Virus record (IMG/VR): IMGVR_UViG_3300048598_000375
Span: 1-28,682 of that record
Origin: a virus
Taxonomy: Duplodnaviria > Caudoviricetes
DNA length: 28,682 bases
Direction: 5' to 3' (one strand)
The notes under the pieces were generated by a model. That model did no database searches. It had not been told where the DNA came from and saw only the letters and a list, made by a program, of their open reading frames with translations. A program made the position numbers and the translations under genes. Shown here piece after piece: positions 9,757 to 16,596 of the stretch (within the stretch, counting starts at the first letter, position 1; every line of letters begins with the position of its first letter).

Positions 9757-10059
9757 CTAAATTACCTTGCGAATAGAATTAATCGTGCCGATCATCGTTA
9801 CAAATTGATCGAATAAGCCCTGGACTTGCTGTGAGTATTGAGCTATATCAGCTTCGAGGGCAAAAATATTCGGAATATATAAGCTTTTAGTCTGCGAATC
9901 GGCAGCTGACCAGTTACCCTGCTCGTCAACTTTAGCGCCTCGCAGTGTAATTTGGGCAGATGTAGCAATCTGGCCACCTGAAATATTGGTATGCAGAACA
10001 ATACTTGGTGCATACAGAGCATTTGGAACAATTGGTTCTTTGGTTAGAGGAAGTGGCAT
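9757..10059 (-). CDS. Hypothetical protein (100 aa)
   Basis: SD AAGGAG upstream; coupled into the operon; no motif recognised. Confidence 0.7.
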   Translation of the reverse strand: MPLPLTKEPIVPNALYAPSIVLHTNISGGQIATSAQITLRGAKVDEQGNWSAADSQTKSLYIPNIFALEADIAQYSQQVQGLFDQFVTMIGTINSIRKVI

Positions 10060-10071
10060 AACAGAAACTCC

Positions 10072-10491
10072 TTATTCAATTACTTTAAAATTTAATGTTA
10101 CAACAGAAGTAAAAACACTCGGCGGCTGGATATGCTCAACTGAATACAATGGATCGATTGATTGTTTAAAGCATACAGCGCCAATATCCTGGTACACTTT
10201 ATTGCGAAAACTTTTTGCAATAGCTAATGCAAGCTCTGTCAAAGCGGTAACTTCGATATCGTCCGGCGATTTCACAGCTTTTTGGATTGCGATATCGATT
10301 TGATAATCGAATTCACTACTTGATCTGGTTGCCGTTGTAATATTTACAGCTTTAGGAACAACAGTTACACGCAGAGTTGATAAATCCTTCAACTCATAAA
10401 ATGGAAACAGCGTCCTTACAGCAGTAAATGGCAAAGCGAAACTGCCAGCATTTAAAGTCTGAACGATTTTTTCAGCAAGCTGCAAAACCAT
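10072..10491 (-). CDS. Putative tail terminator (gpU-like, 139 aa)
   Basis: Size, alpha/beta pattern (N-terminal helix, YQIDIAIQK strand, helix, C-terminal SVVTLNFKV strand) and position after the head-tail adaptor. Confidence 0.6.
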   Translation of the reverse strand: MVLQLAEKIVQTLNAGSFALPFTAVRTLFPFYELKDLSTLRVTVVPKAVNITTATRSSSEFDYQIDIAIQKAVKSPDDIEVTALTELALAIAKSFRNKVYQDIGAVCFKQSIDPLYSVEHIQPPSVFTSVVTLNFKVIE

Positions 10492-10495
10492 ATTA

Positions 10496-10831
10496 TTATT
10501 CTTCCTTTTTTATAGCAGCAAGGCCATTTGGGTTATCAACCTTAAACGCATTTGCATCCAACAAACACGGTCTCTCGCGGCATACTGCACAAAATGTCTG
10601 GATCGCATTTATCAATCGCTCTTCCTGGGAAGTTTTATCCTTGATCATTTTTTCAAGTGAGGCAACCAGGCAGTAATTGCTGTACATAAGATACGCCACT
10701 AAAGCAAAGCATAGACCCAGCTCGCCATATTTCATAAACTCATCGGCTATAGTTACAACTTCCGTAGAACTACTGCTTCCAAGCATCAGAAAAGGAACCG
10801 CTGATATAGCTATCTTAGTTGTTAATGACAT
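10496..10831 (-). CDS. Small membrane protein, holin-like candidate (111 aa)
   Basis: Hydrophobic segments IAISAVPFLMLG and LGLCFALVAYLMYSNYCLVA, followed by a charged coiled-coil tail. Confidence 0.55.
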   Translation of the reverse strand: MSLTTKIAISAVPFLMLGSSSSTEVVTIADEFMKYGELGLCFALVAYLMYSNYCLVASLEKMIKDKTSQEERLINAIQTFCAVCRERPCLLDANAFKVDNPNGLAAIKKEE

Positions 10832-11185
10832 CTAAATTTCCTTTGTATGGAGGCGAATGATTTTTCCAAAGGGATCGCTGTACCGCCAGCATCCATCGTT
10901 TATAAATAACGCTTCATATACTTTCCCATCGACTTCGATCCGATCAGCTGCTTTTGGAGCCGTCAATAGACCATCAATAATCAGATCAGCAGCATCAAAT
11001 AAGAAATCCGTTACCTGCCCGCCAATCTTAAAACCCGATTCATCTTCTATTTGATAATCCGTCTTTCCAAAACTGGCGCAGATACTGACACTATCTGCGC
11101 CACGCATGTAAATTACAGTTTCCGAGGCATTGGCTTTTAATTTATTAGCTAAAAATTCAATTCCTTTTTTCAGCAAATTAGTCAT
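10832..11185 (-). CDS. Head-tail adaptor/head closure protein (gpFII-like, 117 aa)
   Basis: Start moved to ATG 11185 (TAATG overlap with the upstream stop). Motif PKAADRIEVDGKVYE resembles the P..GD.I..DG..Y pattern of head-closure proteins. Confidence 0.7.
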   Translation of the reverse strand: MTNLLKKGIEFLANKLKANASETVIYMRGADSVSICASFGKTDYQIEDESGFKIGGQVTDFLFDAADLIIDGLLTAPKAADRIEVDGKVYEALFINDGCWRYSDPFGKIIRLHTKEI

Positions 11186-11931
11186 TACGCTTCCTGTGCC
11201 CATGTCCCGCGAATTGCCTTGATGCGATAACCATCGACGCCATCAGCAACAAATGTGACAAAGTCACCTTTCTTGGCTGTGGCCTTGGTATTAGACAATT
11301 TCTTGCCATCACCACCTGCTGCAATACCCAGACCGCCGACGTTTTTATCCGCAGCCTGGAAATCCACTTCAACTAGTGCACCACCATCGGCCGCCGCATT
11401 CATAATTGTAAATTCAAGTCCTGCAGCTGTTGCCGGCAGAGTAATTACTGTATTATCCGCCGTACAATCGTAGCAAACACCGGATTCCGTAGCCGCTGCA
11501 TTTGCACTTGCAGCTTTGGTAATTCTTGCAGCACCCGCAAATGTCGGAATACGAGCATCGAATTTATTCAAGGCAACATAAACAAATTGATCCGCAGCTA
11601 CAGCACCAATTACTGCTGCGCCAAGAAGGACATCACCAGCAGCTTGAGCGTCGCCGCCAATTTGCGTTGCTGCCCCGCTTCCTGCTGTACCACCCTGCGG
11701 GTCACCATCGGCGTCAAACCAGACAGGAAGACCAGCCGCAAATGCTTCATTCTTTTTAGGAACTGCAAAGATTCCTTGGACCGCTAGTGCTCCTTTTGTA
11801 TTTGCCGGGATATCGAGTTTAGTTATACCGACAAGACCTTTTTGCATCACGATAGTACCGGCAGCTACATCTACAGCCGGTGTATAATCGATTGATTTGC
11901 CATCTTGATAGAAATTTATTGTATAAGCCAT
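11185..11931 (-). CDS. DUF2190-like capsid decoration/cement protein with C-terminal extension (248 aa)
   Basis: N-terminus FYQDGKSIDYTPAVDVAAGTIV...GITKLDIPANTKGALAVQGIFAVPK is typical of DUF2190. It follows the capsid gene and has about 120 extra residues. Confidence 0.82.
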   Translation of the reverse strand: MAYTINFYQDGKSIDYTPAVDVAAGTIVMQKGLVGITKLDIPANTKGALAVQGIFAVPKKNEAFAAGLPVWFDADGDPQGGTAGSGAATQIGGDAQAAGDVLLGAAVIGAVAADQFVYVALNKFDARIPTFAGAARITKAASANAAATESGVCYDCTADNTVITLPATAAGLEFTIMNAAADGGALVEVDFQAADKNVGGLGIAAGGDGKKLSNTKATAKKGDFVTFVADGVDGYRIKAIRGTWAQEA

Positions 11932-11967
11932 TTTAAATACTCCTATATTTTTAAATTTTAATATTTA

Positions 11968-13860
11968 TTACGCTTCACCCTTGAATTTTATAGCACCGCG
12001 GTAATCCTGTTCACGAACACCGAAATCGATAAAGCCCCTGAACTGAATACCCATTGTATTGAAATCGGCATCTGTCTTTTCAACGGTAGGCTGATCCACA
12101 CCATTTAGGAACGCAACTTCCAATGCAGGAAGTCTGTTGGGATCAGCAAACAGATACCATGCCTTTGAGCTGTATCCGTTGAATGATGAGTTCGAGAGGA
12201 AACTGCTTGAGACAACTTCGAACTTGCCGATATGAGGGTTATTCGAAGGCTTGCCCTTGTTTGCAGTTGTAGTCTCATTTAAAGTTTGCGACTTCATCAG
12301 CATATCCGCCGGAACTCTCAGTGCTGTAGGCACTAAAATCATTGAAGGCTGAATACCGAGTGGTCTGCCATTTGGTTTTGTCTGTTCGCCAAATACGACC
12401 TCGGCGTCTGTCAATGCTTCAACAGACAAGGCAGTATCCGCGCCATCCTTATAGTTTTTATGAGCCGCTGAAAAAAAGCTCGATGGATTAGAAAGCAAAA
12501 GTCCCCACACAGCATCAGCAATTGCCTCTGCTGCACCCATGCCGATTTGACGCGGAATATCTGTAAATGCAGCAAGGTCGTCATTGATAATCATCTGACG
12601 GGTTAACGCGAACATGATGCCATGGGTATCTGCTTTCTGGCCATATTTGAGCTCATCGATTTTCCCGTGCTTTAATTCACCATCGGCGCCAACGTGCTCG
12701 AACTTGAAGCTTCCCGTCATCCGGTACCTGCTGTGTTCCTTAAAGTCATTTACACTTGCAATCTTGCATATCTTTCGCCAGGTATCTTCGATGTAGCTGT
12801 ATCCTTCGAGTAGCATCTTATTGGCTACATTGGATAAAATCCCCGGAAGAGAAGCTGTGCTAAATGCCGCTGAAAGCCATGCCGATGCATCGCGCCTGAA
12901 CCTTGGCAGTTGCATTCCGCATATATGCTCGCAGTACTCCTGTATACCAACACCGCGAAGTTTATCTGCCGCTTCAAGAGTCTGGTTGTCATAGAGTTTT
13001 TCCAGTCGTGTGCTCGCAAAACCAGATGCCATCAAAGCTACTGCTTCAAATATTTTAGGTGTTGCAGTAATATTTTGAGAAGTTCGAATATTTACATTTG
13101 GTCTTGATGCCCGCAGAACTTCCAATTCACATTTGCTCTGGTCCCAGCCTTCTGCAATCGCCTTTGCCTCGATATCATCGTATTTACCAGAGCAGATTTT
13201 CTTAATAGCTGCTATACGGATAGTTTCCGCTGCGGCTGCTGCGCGAATATCTGCGGTGGTGCTTTCTGCGGTTACGGTTGTCTGTTCTTGCTTATTGTTT
13301 TCATTATTTTCCATAGTTTGCTCCTGATTTTTTGCGGCAATTGTTGCCGATGTATTATTATCTGCACCAAGGGTCACAAAACTTATTTCACCCAAGGTTG
13401 CCTTACGTGCGATATTTAGTGGCCCTGTAAATTCCTTACCGTTTACGCTAATATTCTGGCCTGCTTTTATAAATTCAACCTGTTCGGCCCTTGCACCAAC
13501 AGATGCCTGCCAATTAAAACCTTTATCTGCCAAAGCAATGACCCGCGTTACGCGAGGTGAGTCGCCAAGAACCACACCTGCGGCGATGAGATTGTTTTCT
13601 ACAATATCCACATGGTCAGTCTGGCCAAGCAGGTCATCGATATCCTGATTGTGGCTGATAAATATCGGCCGAGATGAACTGCCTGTATTTAAACCTTGCA
13701 GGTCGATAACCACAGGATATTTCCAGCCTTCAAGCATCATCGGGCCGCCTGTATATGCCGTCATTGAAAAACGCCTGTTTTTGGGTTTTTCGTTCTCGCC
13801 GATTGCCTGTGCTGCTTCGATTGAGAAACTAGCGGTTATATTTAATTTATTCTGACTCAT
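11968..13860 (-). CDS. Prohead protease-major capsid fusion protein (630 aa)
   Basis: N-terminal HK97/U35-like protease motifs (ISHN, WQASVG, EISFV), scaffold-like helical linker, then capsid domain (ANKMLLEGY, SVNDFK, ALTRQMIINDDL, DFGVREQDYRG). Confidence 0.92.
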   Translation of the reverse strand: MSQNKLNITASFSIEAAQAIGENEKPKNRRFSMTAYTGGPMMLEGWKYPVVIDLQGLNTGSSSRPIFISHNQDIDDLLGQTDHVDIVENNLIAAGVVLGDSPRVTRVIALADKGFNWQASVGARAEQVEFIKAGQNISVNGKEFTGPLNIARKATLGEISFVTLGADNNTSATIAAKNQEQTMENNENNKQEQTTVTAESTTADIRAAAAAETIRIAAIKKICSGKYDDIEAKAIAEGWDQSKCELEVLRASRPNVNIRTSQNITATPKIFEAVALMASGFASTRLEKLYDNQTLEAADKLRGVGIQEYCEHICGMQLPRFRRDASAWLSAAFSTASLPGILSNVANKMLLEGYSYIEDTWRKICKIASVNDFKEHSRYRMTGSFKFEHVGADGELKHGKIDELKYGQKADTHGIMFALTRQMIINDDLAAFTDIPRQIGMGAAEAIADAVWGLLLSNPSSFFSAAHKNYKDGADTALSVEALTDAEVVFGEQTKPNGRPLGIQPSMILVPTALRVPADMLMKSQTLNETTTANKGKPSNNPHIGKFEVVSSSFLSNSSFNGYSSKAWYLFADPNRLPALEVAFLNGVDQPTVEKTDADFNTMGIQFRGFIDFGVREQDYRGAIKFKGEA

Positions 13861-15262
13861 CGTCTTTCTCCAAAATTGAAGTAGTTCTCGTTTGTTGTGA
13901 TATACCTAATTCATCCATTAATTTTTTCTCACGTGCGCACTGGCGAAGTTCAACTTCCCAGTCTTTGCCTTGTTTGGCATATTCATCAGCCAGTGTGGTA
14001 GTATGATTTGCCAGCCTTGTCTCCTGTGCATTTGCTTCTTTGGCAGGATCAACATGTTCAGTTCCATCCCAAAACCACTGATGGGGAAAACGGCGGATTG
14101 TACGCCAGTTAAGCGGCAAATAATCTGATATCAAAATCGCTTCATCGAGCCATGCCTGCAAAATTCGGTCGAGTATAATAACTGCCATATCCGCCTGGTC
14201 CACCCCGATGCTCTTGAAATATATTTGGTGGTCAAGCCGGCCTGAAGCGTAGTTATAGCCCGATGAGTTGCACAATGCGATGTTGAGCGGCATACTCCAA
14301 TTTCGGGCAATTTCATTCAGGACATGGTTTTTAAACTCTCCGTATGTTGTTGTCGGCTGCTGCGCTTCAATCTGGCCGATCTTCCACCCGTCCGGAAGTG
14401 TAGTTGCTGAGCCTTTTGGAATTTCAACCACATCCATAGGCTCTAAATTTGCAGCTTCACCATCAGCGGGAGAGTCGGTATATAAAACCGCCGCAAAATC
14501 AGCCGCAGTTTCAGCGGCTGCAATTACGGCCAGAGTATATCTTCTAAGCTGCGAAAATAGCGGAAGTGCCGGAGCAATTTCCGGAATACCCCTGCTTTGT
14601 CCCGGTCTATCAGACCTGAACCAGTGGATCATCGAATTAGCATCAACTATGCTGTATTCCTGATCAAAAGTTTGGCAAGAACCAGGATGGTTCTTTAACA
14701 CATAATAAAATACCGGATTTCCGAATTCATCAAATTGGATGCCATCAACCTGATTATTCAAAATATAATTCTTTGACCATGGAGTTGTTACGTGATCTGC
14801 TTCAATGAGCTTAAGATCAAGTTTTACCGGAGAATTTAAATTCCTGTTTATTGAAAGTATCCCGAAAGCCTCACCATCAGATGCTTTTGCCGTTCGCATT
14901 GTGCGCAGTTTCTGGGCCAGGCGAATTTGAGATGCCCAATTCATAAACTCTTCTTCGATAATGCCATTACCATTGTCATCGTCAGTAAGCATTTGAAGCC
15001 TTGGCCCGGTACCAACGACATCATTGGCCAGTGTGGCTATCATTCCGCGAGCATAGCTGTTATTGGCTATTTCGTAGCGTGCTCTGTTACGAAGCATTCG
15101 GCGAACATCAACATTTGCAGCGGCATCGGGGGACAAAGAATCCGCATTTGCCCAGTGACGCTGGTTGTCAGTTGTGGTCTGGGCAGCATCAAACTTTGCC
15201 CGCAGGATTCGTCCTGCCGGCTGCATTGTTTTAATATTCTTCTTTTTGCCGAAAAACCACAT
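13847..15262 (-). CDS. Portal protein, lambda family (471 aa)
   Basis: LRNRARYEIANNSYA, DRPGQSRGIP, NYASGRLD and HVDPAKEA motifs; lies between the terminase region and the protease. Confidence 0.93.
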   Translation of the reverse strand: MWFFGKKKNIKTMQPAGRILRAKFDAAQTTTDNQRHWANADSLSPDAAANVDVRRMLRNRARYEIANNSYARGMIATLANDVVGTGPRLQMLTDDDNGNGIIEEEFMNWASQIRLAQKLRTMRTAKASDGEAFGILSINRNLNSPVKLDLKLIEADHVTTPWSKNYILNNQVDGIQFDEFGNPVFYYVLKNHPGSCQTFDQEYSIVDANSMIHWFRSDRPGQSRGIPEIAPALPLFSQLRRYTLAVIAAAETAADFAAVLYTDSPADGEAANLEPMDVVEIPKGSATTLPDGWKIGQIEAQQPTTTYGEFKNHVLNEIARNWSMPLNIALCNSSGYNYASGRLDHQIYFKSIGVDQADMAVIILDRILQAWLDEAILISDYLPLNWRTIRRFPHQWFWDGTEHVDPAKEANAQETRLANHTTTLADEYAKQGKDWEVELRQCAREKKLMDELGISQQTRTTSILEKDDESE

Positions 15263-15457
15263 TTAAACCGTTCCTGAATGAGATATTTTTGAAAACTTTA
15301 TGCCCAACCCTTTACGCCGCGAGGCAGTTTTACTTGCCAGATATTTATCCGCTGCAATCTGATCAGCCAACGAATGCTGCTCGACAGAAACTCCGTCGCT
15401 GGTAACTTTTGCGGGAGCTGTTGCATTGTTTTCAATATTCGAACTTAAATCTGACAT
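15263..15457 (-). CDS. Small head-completion protein (gpW positional analogue, 64 aa)
   Basis: SD GGAG; abuts the portal start; size and position match lambda gpW. Confidence 0.65.
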   Translation of the reverse strand: MSDLSSNIENNATAPAKVTSDGVSVEQHSLADQIAADKYLASKTASRRKGLGIKFSKISHSGTV

Positions 15458-15470
15458 TTTTTTCTCCGTA

Positions 15471-15524
15471 CCAAAAGAAAAAGCCGCTGAGGTGTTGAGC
15501 CCTCAACGGCTTTATAACTTTTGG
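15471..15524 (-). terminator. Intrinsic terminator/attenuator-like hairpin in the leader of the head operon
   Basis: Minus strand AAAGCCGTTGAGG-GCTCAACA-CCTCAGCGGCTTT then TTCTTTT; extendable by CCAAAAG/CTTTTGG; ends 13 nt before the ATG at 15457. Confidence 0.75.
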
Positions 15525-15576
15525 ATTTTTGCCCGCGCGCTTGCAACTCGCCAGGCGTATTAAATTGTCAAATTTA

Positions 15577-15604
15577 AATTTATACTTCTTGTTTTACAAG
15601 TCAA
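15577..15604 (-). promoter_or_regulatory. Candidate sigma70-type late promoter
   Basis: TTGACT-N16-TAAATT, with an overlapping alternative TTGTAA-N17-TAAATT, in AT-rich intergenic DNA. Confidence 0.45.
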
Positions 15605-15635
15605 TACATAAAGATGGATTTTGGATGAGATTAAA

Positions 15636-15663
15636 AAATAGTTTCTATTAGTAGAAACTATTT
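15636..15663. promoter_or_regulatory. Perfect 12-bp inverted repeat, candidate operator/activator site
   Basis: AAATAGTTTCTA-ttag-TAGAAACTATTT, about 30 bp upstream of the candidate -35. Confidence 0.6.
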
Positions 15664-15695
15664 ACATTTTTACCGAATTTCATTGATAGTTTATT

Positions 15696-16358
15696 TTATT
15701 TTACAGATTCAAATGTGAACTGAAATGAATATTTTTTCAGGCTAATGTTCGGAATTGCTCTGGCAGCTAAAACAATTCTTTTATCAAAATCACCAGCCAC
15801 AAGAATCCCTCTCACAGGTTTATTGTCCTTTTCAGTAACTGCTGTCATATACGCCAAAATTTGCGTAATTACTGTCTGTGGTGCATCACCAGCTTTCAGT
15901 TCAATAACAACTATTTGCCCTTTGTCATCGCAAGCAGTTATATCTATTCTTCCTGCTTCTGTTACTTGTTCTTTACCGCCATCGATTATTTGAAGACCGC
16001 TTTCCAATTGCGCAATATTTGCACGTAACGCTGCTTGCATATCTCGTTCAAGCCCGAATGTAACCTCCTGTGCTTCAGCTAATTCATCTTCTTGGGTATC
16101 GTCTTCGTCATCAAACAGCGTATCAGCGTAAGAAATATCTCCCTTTTCATCGGGCCTTATCATTAAAACACGGGTGGTTGATTCTTCCATTTCCCACCCC
16201 TTTTTTTTGAGGAATCTTCTAATTTCATGAGAAGTAGAGTTTTCAAAGTCTGACGCACCTTGAATATCTTTTGCATTTACCCTGAACCATTCTCTCAATG
16301 GACTTATGTTAGGGGTTCCATCAGGATTTTTAGTGATCGCAAAATGATGTTTAATCAT
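15696..16358 (-). CDS. NucS/DUF91-like PD-(D/E)xK endonuclease domain protein (220 aa), probable moron
   Basis: C-terminal LERDMQ...GRIDI...VVIELK...QILAYM...VRGILVA motif set; unknown N-terminal domain and acidic linker; own SD (GGAG) and AT-rich upstream region. Confidence 0.85.
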   Translation of the reverse strand: MIKHHFAITKNPDGTPNISPLREWFRVNAKDIQGASDFENSTSHEIRRFLKKKGWEMEESTTRVLMIRPDEKGDISYADTLFDDEDDTQEDELAEAQEVTFGLERDMQAALRANIAQLESGLQIIDGGKEQVTEAGRIDITACDDKGQIVVIELKAGDAPQTVITQILAYMTAVTEKDNKPVRGILVAGDFDKRIVLAARAIPNISLKKYSFQFTFESVK

Positions 16359-16381
16359 AATATCTCCATAATTTTAAAATC

Positions 16382-16420
16382 TTTATACATATAATACTCT
16401 TTCTTACAATTATTTGTAAA
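16382..16420 (-). promoter_or_regulatory. Candidate promoter of the nuclease moron
   Basis: TTTACA-N18-TATTAT, or TTGTAA-N16-TATAAA with TG extension; contains the dyad TTACAA-N4-TTGTAA. Confidence 0.4.
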
Positions 16421-16425
16421 GCTCT

Positions 16426-16596
16426 TTATTTTAGCACGGGCCTTTCGATGGTAGTAAGCCGCTTTCCGCAGTTTCGGCAGATACGGTATCTGATAATTTG
16501 CCTATTGGCAATACGCGTCCCTTGAACACTAAAATGCCTGCATCCGCAATTGCCGCATTCAAGTCCGACTTCTTTTTCTTTATCTTCTTCATTCAT
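16426..16596 (-). CDS. Zn-ribbon protein, Ogr/Delta- or NrdR-N-like, candidate late regulator (56 aa)
   Basis: CGNC-x22-CRNCGKRLTTIER; start moved to ATG 16596 with AAGGA upstream, overlapping the terminase stop. Confidence 0.72.
   Translation of the reverse strand: MNEEDKEKEVGLECGNCGCRHFSVQGTRIANRQIIRYRICRNCGKRLTTIERPVLK

Noticed and set aside
2654-15277. Numerous 60-144 aa plus-strand ORFs opposite the structural genes
   Set aside because: Antisense shadows of well-supported genes, with no SDs or motifs and no coupling to neighbours.
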